This document shows, one piece after another, positions 49,300 to 63,405 of a DNA stretch of 64,000 nucleotides (within the stretch, counting starts at the first letter, position 1; each line of letters starts with the position of its first letter). The position numbers and the translations under genes were made by a program. The notes below the pieces were generated by a model. The model was not told the DNA's origin. It made no database searches and was given only the letters and a program-made list of their open reading frames with translations. Origin of the DNA: Vicugna vicugna. Taxonomy: Eukaryota. The stretch spans positions 6,881,260-6,945,259 of the forward strand of contig MU058844.1 of assembly GCA_013265495.1 (NCBI GenBank). The letters run 5' to 3'.

Positions 49300-52265
49300 A
49301 TGTTTTTTATTTTAAGAACAATTTTAAATTTACAGAAAAATTTGTGAAGACAACAGAGTTCTCATGTACTCTGTACTCAGCTTCCTCTCTGTTAATGTCT
49401 TCTGTTAGTATGGTGCATTTGTTATAATTAATGAATCAAACTGATACATTATTATAAACTAAAGTCCATATTTTATTCAGATATCCTTAGTATTGAACCA
49501 ATGTCTTTTGTCTCCTTGAGAAGCCGATCTACATTACTATATTATATTTAATCATTATTTTCCTTAGAAGCCCCCTAATTTTGACAGTTTCTTAGACTTT
49601 CCTTGTTTTTTATGACCTATCTTGATAGTTTTAAGGAGTACTAGTCAGATGTTTTTAGAATGTGCTTCAACTGGAATATCTGAGGTTTTTTCCACAACTA
49701 GACTAGGGTTAGGAGTTTTTAAGAGAAAGACCACAGAAGTAAAATGCATTTTCATAACATTGTATCAATGATCCATAATATCAATATAACTTATTATTGT
49801 ACATTTTAGAAGGAAGTCACTATAAGCAGCCCACACTTAAGGAGTAGAGTTATGCTTTACCTACTTGAGGACAGAGTACATAAATTATTTGGGATTCTCT
49901 GTACGGATTTCCCCTTCTCCATTTTAAAATTTATCTAGTTTTATTTTCATCAGTATGCATTTTAAGCTTTCATCAGTATTTATTTTATTGCTCAAATTGC
50001 TCAAGCTTTGGCCATTGTGGGGCTCACTGGGTTGTCTTTTACATCCCTTTGCCATACCTCTGGCTTTGTGGGCTTTTTCATTTCTTCATTTCTTTACTTT
50101 CTGACACTATAAAATGCTCCAGGCTCATTTTAGATAGTGCCATCCTCAGTCCTAGAGTTCCAAGAAGCTCTGATTCTTTTTATTAGAAACCAAAATCTAG
50201 GTACAAGGTATACTTCTCGTTACTGAGATGTCATTATTTCTAGGCCTTATCATCTGTGATAGCATGAAAACATATACATATAAATTTATATATTATATCT
50301 ATATATATTTATGTACAACCTATATACAAATTTGTCTGTATACACATACAAATAGATGTTTCTCTCTTTAAGCATCAATATCTATACTTACGTAAATGTG
50401 AGTTCATTCTGATGTCTATGGCCCTAATTTATTCCCAAATAAATTACCCTAGCCTAATCCTGTTGATCTATAAGCTCCCACTCTTTAACAGTGAGAAACT
50501 TGCTTCCCAACAACCAACATCTGTTTACTAAACTGTTCAATTCCAGTACACACATATTGCGTTATCAGAATTGTTAGCCAGTACTCTTTGTGGAACACCA
50601 TTATAGTACAGTGCTTATGTATAGCTTCTTTTGTCTTTAGTCTCATAGACTTCTCTCCTTTCCACAGTTACTTAGGTCCATGCTTATTCCGCCCACACCA
50701 TTTAGTGTGGGTGTTTCATGTATTCAGTCATATAGTTAGATTGCTTTGTCACTGTCTGCATTCCATACAGGTATCCCCTGACTTCCTAAATATTTCTTTT
50801 TAACTTGCATACATTAAGTTTCTCTCTTTGTGCTTCATGCAATATGTTTTGACAAGTACACTGTGTCACGTAACCACCATTTCCGTATCAACATAGAATA
50901 TAGTCAGTACTCCAAAGAATTCCCCTATACTGTACTCTCCCTTGTTCCTCTAAACCTTTGACTACCATCGGTATTTTTTACCTTTTACTTATTTTCACTC
51001 TATAGTTTTGCCTTTGCCAGAATGTCCTATAATGAGAATCAAACAACACATAATCTTTAAAAAACGCTTCTTTCACTTAGCAAATGCATTTAAAATGCAT
51101 CGACTTTTTAAATGACTTGATAGCTTATTTCCTTGTTTATACTGAACAACTTCCCAATGTATTTATATATCAGAATTTGTATATTATTTACCTATTAAAG
51201 GACATCTTAGTTGCCTCTAGTTTTGGGTGAATATTAATGTCTTTTTAGACATTTGTGTGCAGGATTTTGTATGGACATATATTTTCAAATCAATTGGGAA
51301 AATAAAAAGAAACATGATGGCTGTAATGAATGATGATAAGATTATGTTTAGCTGTGTAAAAAATGCCAAATGGTCTTCCCAAGTACCTGTACCATTTTGC
51401 ATTCTCCCAAAGCAATGACTAAGAATTCCTATTACTCTGCACCCTGGACAGCAATTAGTATTTTCAGGTTTTTAGATTTCAGTATTTTAATAAGTGTCTC
51501 ATTGTCTTGATTTGCAGCTCCCTAATTACAAATGATTTTGAGACTTTTTATGTTTATTTTCTATCTATTTATCTTCTTTGGTGAAAAGTCTGCTCAGATC
51601 TTTTGCTCATTTTTTAAAAATTAGGTTGTTAGCTTATTGCTGAATTTTTAGTTCTTTGTATATTTTAATACAAGCTCTTTATCGTATGTGTTTTGCAAAT
51701 GCTTTAATACAAGTCTGTGGCTTGTCTTCTGATTCTCTTAAGAATATCTTCCACAGAACAGATTTTTTTTAAATTCTAATGAGCAGCAACTTATCAATTT
51801 TTCCTTTTATGGATTGTGCTTTTGGTGTTGTATCAAAAAACCCATCTTACAACTCATCTTAAAAATTCTCACCCCAAGAAAAAATTTGTGTCACTATGTA
51901 TGGTGACGCATTAACTAGATTTAGTGTGGTGACCATTTTGCAATATATACAAACATCAAATCATTATGTTGTACACCTAAAATTAATATAATGTTACATA
52001 TCAATTACACCTCAATAAAAAATTTAAAAATTCATTGCCAAACTCAAGGTTACCTACACTTTCATATAAGTTTTCTTCTCTTTTTTTTATATTTTATGTT
52101 TTACATATAGATCTATGATCCATTTCTAGTTACTTTTCATGAAAGGTATAAAATCTGTGTATAGGATCATTATTTTGAATGTGGATGTTCAATTATTCCA
52201 GTATTATTTTTTTGAAAAGACTTGAATTGCCATTGCTTTTTTGCCAAATAAGTTGACTACATTTG
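49300..52265 (-). mobile_element. Old LINE-1 (L1MC/L1MD-like) 3'UTR and ORF2 tail
   Basis: TTTTAAATTTACAGAAAAATT antisense 3' end; GTACCATTTTGCATTCTCCCAAAGCAATG and GATCTATGATCCATTT antisense L1 motifs. Confidence 0.8.
51855..52030 (+). mobile_element. L1MA9-like 3' end nested in the older L1, opposite orientation
   Basis: TGTGGTGACCATTTTGCAATATATACAAACATCAAATCATTATGTTGTACACC...CTCAATAAAAA. Confidence 0.8.
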
Positions 52266-55171
52266 TTAAGGGGTGCAATAAATCATGAATATAATAAATG
52301 AAAGTGTTAGATCTTTAGCCAAAGATTTTTAGATTCCAAATACAGTGTAGTTTTCCATTTTTGTCCCGCCAAGAGAACAGATCTCATTTCTGTTACAAAA
52401 TTTCTTATATTTTACGTAAAATATTATTGCCTTCCCTCCCACCTTCTCTTTTATGCTCTCAAACTTTGGCTACATGACTGTATAGCAGCTGCTATGTTAG
52501 CCTCAGTGATAGTTATAAGGACTGGTGAAACATAGGTTCATAACTCGGCCCTGTTCCTCTGTAGACCCAGGCCAAGGCCCTTCCTGGTGCCTATTCTTAA
52601 AAGTTTTACTAGTTTCAATTATACCCATTAAAAGCTAAATAAACTGAGTCATAGAGATTATACTACTTCCCAATAACAGTATAGTTGAATTTTAAACTTA
52701 GTTGAATCTATCTCTGAATGTTTTTGCTTTTTACTACACTCTGCAACATATTAAGTAGTAATATCCTCCCCCTTTTCCTTTAACACAGGTGACATATAAG
52801 AAATTGAAATTTATTTTAAAATTTATCTTTCTTGAAAGATTGTTTCCTATTAATGGACTAATAACTGAAAAATGGAGTATATATACGAAGTTCAGAGTTT
52901 TTTTTTTTTAATGTGGACAGACAAGAATATTAAGGATGACTGACTGGACTGACTGGTTAGATTACACTGTATGTTGGCAAGTCTACTTATCTTATTGTGT
53001 ACAAAACTATCTTATTGTGTACAAAATCCTTAAGAAATCTTTCAGATTTAGTTTCTGCTTACATGAAAATGAGGACACAGAATAATCAAATGAAATGAGA
53101 TGATTAATTTGTTCGACGTTCGTGAAATATAATGCAATCTTAGGGAGAAAGAAAATAGATGTTCATTTATATGCTTAGAAAAAGGAGTACATCTTTAAAA
53201 TATGGTTGGTTAAATGCAGAAGAAGATTTCAAGCTTCTTGAATTCTAGAGTTTAGGAAGATAATGTTTTAAAAGGGAGACCATGGCCTATTTACTAGAAA
53301 AATATATTTTATAAAGACTGTAGTCTCTTATCACATATCATTTAGCATTTCAGAGAGATTTTGAAAAATGGTGGCCTTTTGGGACTGTTAAAGGTATGGT
53401 ATTTCATATTCTGCAAAGCAATATCAGCCTTAAATTGAACCATTTATTTTGTCCTTGTTAAATGTCACAGTTGCCCTTTCCCTTGAGTTATTAGTTTTAT
53501 CACCTACAAGTTCTTTTCAGGAAAAACTGGTGGATATCATAATGGATCAAAACAGAGAACTGATTTAGTCTGAGATCTGGACAACTAGTAATTGGAGACC
53601 AATAAAGTATCCTGGGCACTGTAAGAGGTATTTAAATCTAGGATCCTGGACTTGTAAAGAACTGATCCTATTGAATCAAAATATATACTGAAACAAAAAA
53701 ATAGACTTCTTGGTTCATCACAGAGGCCAAAAGCACACCAAAGAAATTTTCTATACATTTTCATGGCTGTTGATATTTCCTCTTTCTTTAAAGATTCATA
53801 AAATCAGATTGTTCTCCAGGAATAAAAGGCTAATTATTCCCTGAAAGAAACATTATCTCTCCTCAGTGATGATCATAAACTATAACAATACAGAAGGCAC
53901 TTGGTGTGGTTTGTAGGACATAACTATCAATCACAGCTTAATTATATATCATACTTCTATATCCTTCTGTTGGCCCAAGCTTTATTGTCTTTGAATGCAA
54001 ATATTTTAAAATTTTATTGTGTAAATAAATTTACTGGATCCTTTCTCACAGTGATTTTTGAGAAGAGAGTGAATAAAAAATATTTGGTTCCTTGGGGAGG
54101 AGTACAAAGGAAAGGCATAGAACCGAGGTGTGGACAGACATGGAAAAGGAAGCTTACAGAATCAAAATCCAGTATGTTCACACTTCTCCATAAAGAATTC
54201 GTAGGAACATAATGAATAAAAGGAAAAAGGAGAAAAAATTAATAAATACTGAGACAATTTTCAATATGAAACCTAGAACAAATGGTCGATTTGCCTAGGA
54301 AATGAAGTAAAAGACCTATATTATTCAGAAAACATGTGGTATTGGACAACATGTGTTTTGATAGACGATACCAGAGGTAGAGAGTTTGATCCTGAAGAGA
54401 CGTGCTGGCAGAGACAATGTGAGATTAGAACTCTCAGTTGACCATGCCAGAATCTAGAGCTGAGTAAAATCCAAGTTCAGAACTGGAGAGGAATTATATG
54501 CGAGCAACTTAGTCAACAGATTGGCTGAACCAAGAGTTAGGTAGGGAAGCTGCAACTCAGTGCTCCTAGGAGCTGAGAAAACTAAATATAATTCATTTCT
54601 CACTGGATTCCCCAGGTACCCAGGAGCAGAATGAGAAGAGAAGTCTAATTCCAAATCCTATCTTACACAAATGGAAAAGTGACTCTTAAAGTACCATTAA
54701 GCAGTGCTCAGTATTTCAGGCACTGGTAATGTGAACTGAGGTAGATTGTAGAAGCTTTCAGCACACACAGATGTAAAAAGAAAAGGCAAAGACTGAAAAA
54801 ATCTTTGAATCCTAATACTATCGCTCCTTCATTTCTGTGAAAATATTAACACTGTCAGGGTTTACATAACCCTCAGTATAGTAAACGTGATGCAGAGAAA
54901 TGGGCATTTACACTAGTTCAGGGAATATGTGAAAAGAAATGCCTTAAGTGGAAAATAATCTAAGGATAGTTATCCCCGATTAGTGATGCAAAACAAAACA
55001 ATAATGAATATAGAAAATAAAAGACATTGAACAGGAGATTTTGAAAACATTCTCCAGAAAAAGCCATTTCATTTACAGAGATTACTATAAAAATACAAAG
55101 GATAGATAGCAGAATTTTTTCATTTTTCTCATTTTTCAGAGTACTCGCAAAAAATATTTTCTTCCATTCAG

Positions 55172-55808
55172 TGGGGTTGTGGAAGGAGAGAAGTAGATGA
55201 GGTACACACTTCTGGTTATAAAATAAATGAGTTATGTGTATTAAATGTGCAGTGTGGGGAATGTAGTCAATAATTATACAGTATTGGTATAGTGACAGAT
55301 GGTAATTAGAATTATTGTGGTAATCATTTTGAAATATATGGAAATATCCAATCACTATCTATGTAACAGGAACTAACAGTGTTGTAGGTCAATTATACTT
55401 AAAAACAAACTCATAGAAAAAAAAAATCAGATTTGTGGTTTCCTGAGTTGGGTATGAGGGAATTAAATGAAGGCAGTAACAAGGTACCAATTTCCAGTTA
55501 TATGATAAACAAGTACTAGGGATATAATGTACCACATGGTAAATATAATTAACAATGCTCTATGTGATATACGAACATTATTTAAAAAGTAAATCTTAAA
55601 AGTTCTCATTACAGGAAAAACTAGTTGTTTCTATTTCTTTAATTTTGTATCTATGTGAGATGATGAATGTTCACTAAACTTATTGTGTATAATCATTTCA
55701 TAATGTATGTAAGTCAAATTACTATGCTGTATACCTTAAACTTATAGAGTGTTGTATGTCAATTATATCTCAATAAAACTGAAAGAAAAACTATAATAAA
55801 GGAAAAAA
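55172..55808 (+). mobile_element. 5'-truncated LINE-1 3'UTR with two related tandem modules
   Basis: L1MA9-like 3' motifs ending TCAATTATATCTCAATAAAAC; perfect 14-bp TSD TTTCTTCCATTCAG at 55158-55171 / 55809-55822. Confidence 0.88.
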
Positions 55809-56629
55809 TTTCTTCCATTCAGGCTGCCAACATATGTTAAATATTTTTAGCAGAATAATAGATTACATATATTTGAGAAAATTCACACATCTTAAGGAGA
55901 AAAATGATGCTAATGTCTTCTTAAATTTTAAATCAGAGAAAAATGAATAATATGAAATAAAATATAAAAATCACAACACTAAATCAGATTTTTTGCATTA
56001 ATAGAAAGAAATTGGAAATTTGTTGACTCTTTAGAATAATTTCTGAATGCTCTGAAAAGAATTGAGTGTAACAAAAAATACTCAGTATTTGGAATGGGGA
56101 AGCTGTATGACTTTTGTTGAACTGCTTATCATTTTGATCACTCACTTTCCTTTTTTGTGTATGAGGAAAATATCGCCATCTAACTATTTTGAATATTAAA
56201 AGAGATAACAGAATGCATACTGGGAATCACATCTTGAGCTGAATTTATAAGTATAACCAGGATACTTTTTTTGAGCCAGTAGATAGGCCCCCCCAGAAGC
56301 TTAATTGCATGAGGACCTTCCTAGGATGGCTATCATCCTGTAGGAAGAGAGAGGCCAGCAGACTGGGTCTACTAATAATGCTGGTCTAGTTGCAGAGCAG
56401 CAAAAGTGAAGTTGCCTGTATCTCCTCCTAAATTATAACAATTAGTTGTTTCCTGTGTACTGTACATGGTTCCAGAGAAAGCAATTAGCTTAGAACTGTC
56501 TATTAAAAAGATTTTTCCTACAGGATTTTCTGGAAAGACATCATGACTCCAACAAAGAAGTGACCCAGAAGAAGGGAGAGCAATAGAGATGACTCAAAAT
56601 GTAACTAGTAGAAAGGAGTAAAGCCTACA

Positions 56630-57210
56630 GTCTGTGGTAAGAAAACCGTGGTCAAAGATGCCAGGAGGTGAAGCCTGGAGGACTTCACAATGGATCAACA
56701 CTTCTAATACTGTATATCTCTTTGCACTATGGAAGTGAAAAAGCTAAAATTTGCATTTTCTAGGCCCCTTTGTGATTTAGTTGCATATTAAATTTAGATT
56801 TGTCCAACCAGATGAATTTGTGTGGGACAGTGAAGGTGGAAGTAGGGTGAAGTTCAAACTTCTGCTGGTTCAGTGGTTCCTAGTGACAAGCACAATTACA
56901 AAAGCCATTGTTTTTCTGTGTTAATATTAGCAAAGTATCAGTCACTCCACCAGGGATGTCAAGAAGGAAGACATGTTGCAGCCATTTTTTGATGTCACAC
57001 ATTTCTGGAGCATACCCAGGTTCCCATGTATGATATAGGCTGCTGGTATGATGCCTCACTGAAGCCACAGCAATGACAACAATCTCTGAATTACAGATAA
57101 CACAGTGACAATTTGGTGTCCTGTGATTTATGGCTTGGGGAGACATTCTGAAAAGCTACCTTATGAGTCTCACCTTGTTCTGCTTCCCTTATCCTGTTAT
57201 AACATTTGAT
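56630..57210. mobile_element. ERVL LTR remnant (LTR33-like)
   Basis: AAGCTAAAATTTGCATTTTCTAGGCCCCTTTG...GTCCAACCAGATG resembles the LTR33 core; diverged. Confidence 0.4.
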
Positions 57211-57629
57211 GCCTGAAGTGGACACAGGCCACAAGCACTCAGGGACAGTGCAGGGACATTGGTTACCCTTCTGGTTGAGTCTGAAGTCATCAATGTCCTC
57301 AGGAACACTAGAAAATGAAGACTGGAATTTTTATAGCCTATTATGGCAAAGAAGTTACTCTAGTTAGCTTGCAGTGCTGAAATAAAATACCTATTGAAGA
57401 CAGGCTTTTGATAGACTGATGGTCTGCTACAGCAGATTATCAATAAGTGAAGTAAAATAAAATAAATATAAAATATTACAATAATCTGACTTCTAACTCT
57501 GCTGAAGAACTTAACATGAAAAGATCAAGGTCAGGACGTAGTCAAAAAACTGAGGGAGCTCTTGTGACTGCCCTTATTCTTCTGTTAAACAATGTGAGTC
57601 ACTGGATTAACCCAGATTTGCCTTGTCTT

Positions 57630-58230
57630 ATACGTGAGAAGTAGGCCTTTGAGGAAGAGGGACACAGCATCACTTCTGTGGTATTCTAAACATAATGAAA
57701 TATCAAACATATCAAACAAATCCAAAGTAAGAAACACTCTACAGAATAACTGCCCTTCACTCTCCTAAAATGTCAAATTCATGAAAGACAATGACTAGCA
57801 AACTGTTCTTAATTTAAGGGGGCTACAGAGATGTGAAAATTAAATGCAATATGTGATCCTGAGGGGGCCATGGGTCAAGACAGATAATTTTCTTATATAT
57901 AAAGGGTATAATTGGGAAAATTGGAAAAGTATATGGTCTGTGAGCCAAATAATTGTATTAGATTAAATTTTATAAATTAATACATATTTTTACATTTATT
58001 AATTGTATTTAACTAAAATCAGGTTAAATAACTGACTTAGATCATTGTACTAGGATTAGGTGTGAAATATTCCTATTCTCAGAAAACATATACTGAAAGT
58101 TAAGGGATAATGTGGTATGTACATTTACAATTTATTCTAAAATTGCTCAAAAGTTATATGTAGATACATATATGCATATATAAGTGTGTATGCTCAAATG
58201 TGAATGGCAATTAATATAAAAGGTAAACCT
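57630..58230 (+). mobile_element. Old LINE-1 (L1MC/L1ME-like) 3'UTR fragment
   Basis: CAGCATCACTTCTGTGGTATTC...ACACTCTACAGAATAACTG...TAAATGCAATATGTGATCCTG. Confidence 0.65.
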
Positions 58231-61164
58231 AGCAAGTGATTGGCCTTTGTGGTACAGAATTTTTTATTTTCATTACAGCCTTATGCTGTTTTAAATAAAT
58301 ATTTATGTAATGTTTTTGTCTATTTAGGCATGGAAAAGCCCATAATATGTCATCTAGTGCCAACAGAATTGACTGGTCTAATCTAAAATAATAAATTAAT
58401 ATACAACATTTTAAATTTACCAATTTAAGTGGTTATATTTGGAGCTGAGTAACTTTAATAATATTCCTAAGCAGTACACTAAAAATATACAAATGCAGTC
58501 TAAAATATCAAATAATCATGCCATAAATTAATAAAAGAAAATAGAGAATATAAATTATAAAAATTTCACAGCATTCAGCTAGGAAAAAGAAAAACTTTCC
58601 TAAATCTGTCTTTAGTATTTGAAAAATTATACTGAATCATTAAAACTTTCATTAGCCCACATTTTCATAATTTCAATCCATGTGTGATATAAAATTTTAT
58701 ATCATATAACGTTATCAAAATTTGTTTCTAGTCACACTATCATTGTTAAGAGTATAGTATTTGTGAATATGTTATGTAACTGTGAAAATAGTGAATATGT
58801 ATTATATAAAATATGTTGACCATATTTCTGAAATACAGAAAATTGGGTTCTATAAACTTAAAATATTTTGAGTACGAGAACAGACTACACAAGATGCAGA
58901 GGATGGTGCTATTGATATGGGGCCTAATATAAGGCCTTATATAAAATCATTATGCCTTAGAATAACTCCTTTTTATTAATGTTCTAAATTAACAATCTTA
59001 CCAACTTAGAAACACAGGAAAGAAAAGAGGTATGAAGAAATCAAGATGCTAACAATTGAATACATTTGACTTCCAAGTATTATTATTAAAATATTTACCA
59101 CAGTTTGTATGTGATTTTAATTTCCTGGAAACCAACATGTTTATGCCACATGTTGCAGTATCTCTTTGAAAAAAAAAAAAAAACTCTAGCAAGTATTCTT
59201 CCAAATCTCAAAAAAGTAACTGGTTAATAAATTAACTTTTAATGCTTTTAACAGTCACATAAAATAACCTGAAAAGAAACTTTCTTCTTCCTTATTATTT
59301 AAAAGTAATATTTAATTTTACATGATATACATGAAGTTTGCATATTGGTATTTTTAAAGCAAAAAGTATTCAATGAATAGAATTTTTTCAAATGCATTAA
59401 GGACTGTTAAATTATTAAAGATAATAACAAATGGGTGTCCACTGAATATAAAAGACTAGAGAAACATATAGTCATGTAATAATGAATTTTGTAGTCTTCT
59501 TCATTCCAGTGAGGCAGAGCTTTAAGCTCTAACAAGAAATGTCAAGTTTAAAAACAGACACACACTGTTTATTTTCCAATACTGAGTATATATGAAACCA
59601 GATCCTTCTTACTCTTCTTCTAAATGTCATTTTAAATAAAGTAACACACACATTTACTTGCCTTGTCCCACCTTCCTTTTTGAGTTTCAGCTATAAAATA
59701 TATCATTTTGTGAAAAAACATTCCCCATAGGTAAAGCTTCCTGAATGAGTCCTTTATTATTTCAAAAGGGCAAATATATTAGCCCAAGCCTTATCATTTA
59801 CAACTTTATTATTCTTTGCAAAATGTCCTGAAAATACAGTGACAAATATAACAATTTCCTAAGAAATACTGGAGAAAGTTTCAAGCAAATTTTATGTTTC
59901 CTATTACACAAATAACGTCCATATGATTTCTTTCTAATGAAGTTGATGATTAAGTCTACTGGGGACCAAAAAAATGTTCCCGTATCTCAGATTTAAAATG
60001 ATTTTTAGAATTAGAAATACTACATCAATTTTTATAATTAAGTCACTACATTGCTCTGTCTTCTCTTCTTTATTTTCCATAGCTGTTAAGGATGCACATA
60101 CGCATGTATATGATGCACATATATGTATATGTATGGGTACCTAAGGGGATATATACAGTATATCTAAATATACAAGTATATACATATGCATACGCATATG
60201 TGTCTGTATCTGTGTGTTTCTGTGTCTGTGTGTCTCCTCAACAACAACAAAAACTTGCTTTTTTTCTTTCCTGAAGATAAGGGGGCATTTCATCTGTTGG
60301 TCAGTTCAGTCCCTTTACTTGGAAAGCCCTTTTTCTCCATCATTCTATGTCCATGGAAACACATTATGTCTGGGTTCCTAATCTAATGATGCCCTGCGGT
60401 AGAACTACTTTTACCTGTCTTATCTTGATGCTACTTGATGGTTTCTGGAAGCTAAGAACTTGATTTCTTCCATCTTATTTACTGCATCGTCTCATAATTG
60501 GTAGCTGCTCAAAAACTGTTTGCTGTATGGATGAGTGAGTTTTGCCCACATCATCCCAAGTGCCTTATTTCCTTTATCATCTCTGCTTGAAAACAGGTTT
60601 GTAGCTTGTTTGATACAATGTTCCCACAGATGTTGGAAGGCGAGTGCTCTATAAAGCCCCCATGGAAGGAAGATTTATAACTCTTTATTTCTTCCACTGC
60701 TTTAGTGGCTTAGTTAGGGAAGCATGTACTATAGCTCGAAGCAGTGTGAGACACTAGAGCATCGCAAGGAAGAGTTTGAGTTCATCTCAGTTTTTTTCAT
60801 GAGCAAAATAAAATGAGAATGTCTATCTCATAGGTTTTATAAAAGAAAAAAATAAAGTGATGCATGTAAAATACTTGGCAAAGGACAAGCACATAATAAG
60901 AAGGCAGTAAGGCCAGAGTAATAATAAAGAACCCTTTTTTTTAATGAATAAGGAAACCGTTCTAGGCAAAAGAACTTGAGAGTTGCTTCTGCAAAATCCC
61001 TTATAGCTAGGGTAACTTTATGACCCTTTTGTCCTGGCCTATGTGGTTTACTTATTTCTGTATTTTGTATTTTGCAAGTACAGAAAGTTGGGTTCCATTA
61101 GCTTAAAGTATTTTAAGTATAAGAACAGACTACGCAAGATTCAGGGGATGATAGAGATAGATAA

Positions 61165-61300
61165 CAGATGCTCATTATCTTAACTGTGTGATGGTTCCAC
61201 GGTTATATATAAATATATATGCCAAATTTTTCTGATTATACATTTTAAATATGAATATTTTTATGTTCAATTATATCTCAGTAAGGTTGTTAAAATAAAA
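61165..61300 (+). mobile_element. Old LINE-1 3' terminal fragment
   Basis: TCATTATCTTAACTGTGTGATGGTT...TCAATTATATCTCAGTAAGGTTGTTAAAA. Confidence 0.65.
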
Positions 61301-62969
61301 CCAAAATAAATTAATATTAAATAAGAAAGCATTAGAAACATAAAAATATCTAGTGAAATTAAGATAATACATGATGCTAATATCAACAGGAACTCACCAT
61401 TCAGTAATGTATACAAAACACCTCTCTACATGGTATGTACCAGAAATCTGAAGCTGTTAGAAAGTGTTTGACTGTTGAAGTTTCCAGGTTTTTCCAGTCA
61501 TCTTATATAATGGAGATAATCACACTTAGATTATTATAGTGAAATCTCTTAGACTAAAATTACAAAGAGGAAAGTACTGGAATGGTGTAAGTGTTGCAGA
61601 GATTCAAGAAAAAATTGAATGTATGAATTAATTCAAACATAGTATTAGAAAAATAAAGAGGCTATGACAAAATAAGCAAAAAGAAAAAAAATAAATAAAT
61701 TGCACTGGCAACTGGAAATGCCCTGTTGTCACAGAGTATTTTTTTCATATTTTCAAATAAAACAATTATAATCATTTTGACATGTCATAAATGGTTATGT
61801 TGAACTTATCAAATAGATTTTTTGGAAATACTTGATGCTATCTAAAACATTCCCATTATTTATTATTTTCAGTTTGAGTCAGCAGGAAAAGATGATTTCA
61901 TAACAACTTTGGTTTAGATATCTATTTTGTATATTCAATATATTGTTAAAATTTTCAGATGATATTACAAAGAAACATTTGAAAAGTTTACTGTTTTACT
62001 AAATCAATACTAATCTTTAAAGTAATTTTAAACATTATTTTAAGCATTTATGCCTATAAATGGAATTTTATTTCCCTTTATTAAAAAAAAAGGCATGTGA
62101 TTTCTTACCTCTACATGATATTGCAAATAAAATTCAAAAGTTTCAAAACTTAAAAATCCAATTGGCTACTCAGTTTTTATTTTTTGTATATTTATCTTCC
62201 ATCATACTTACCATAGGGATGGGTGAAGCATGAATTACTTTTGCTGAAATATACCTTTATGGTATTAATTAATACCATAGTAAACTTTGATTCCCATTTA
62301 CCTCAGTGAAAAATCATTTATCTCTAAATGGTATTAAAAATAAATTAAAATTGTTGGAAGAAATCCAGATACTTCACCTTCAACTTGATCACTATATACA
62401 TTAAATCTTTTAAATTACTGCATTGCTAGTGAACATGACTAATGAATATATCAAGTTACATGATATGTACTCAAACTTCTTGTTTAAATCAAATTTGACT
62501 TAATTATATGTATTTAAATCACATGTTGCATTATAAACTTCCTTTGTTTGAATAAATGTTATAGTAAAAATATATAGTAATTTCACAGGAAAATACTGAT
62601 GCTTTACACTTGAGGCAATCAATTTTACAAAAAATGCTACACAAGAAATCAGCATGCTTAAAATAGTGCCTCAGATTTCTCAACAAAGGCTATAAAATTA
62701 TATCTTAGTTTTGATGCTAACATTTTTATCTTGTTTCTTCACCATAAATGTAGCCATTTGCTAAAGCTGTCTATTGCTTCCAAAATGAAATATTGCACTG
62801 TCAATAAATGTGAAAAATGTGAAGTGTCAGACATAAACAAGATGAGAAGGGAATGGGAATGAAAAATAAAAAATAGTAAAACACATTAACAAATTATAGT
62901 ATAAACCCTGAAATTTTTTTTTTTCCTTTTTTATAATCCAAGTGCCTGACTTAAGCTTTGATTGCCTGG

Positions 62970-63360
62970 GCATCTACTTCATAGAGACATCCCCTTCAAG
63001 ACTCCTATCTCAAATAAACACACTGCCAGCCACAGGACTAGATAAAGAGCCAGCCTGTCCCCTCCCCCACCCTCTTCCACTGAAGCGCCTTTTGTTTGAA
63101 AGTCTTGGTTGATTTTGACAACTGACCATTTATTTGGGTCACTTGTTTTTTTCTCTTCCTGTTCTTTAATTCCCACTCTTATGTTGCCAATTTACCAATG
63201 AAGAGTAAGCCTGCAAAATCTTAGGCCACCACCCTCCACCGCCATAAAAGCAGAACCCCAGGCCTGCACGCACGCTCTCTCTCTCTCTCTACCCAAGACC
63301 TCGTCGTGAGGCCCTAAGTGTGTTATATAATTTTCAGGTCCTTTAAGTAATCAACCCATA
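62970..63360 (+). mobile_element. ERVL-type LTR fragment (MER73/MER74-like)
   Basis: CCAAT, ATAAAAGCAGAACCCAGGCC and a (CT)n run give the LTR U3/R layout; family name tentative. Confidence 0.55.
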
Positions 63361-63405
63361 AGACATAGATTACACTACTCTGAGAAAATCATTGTATTAT
63401 TATAC

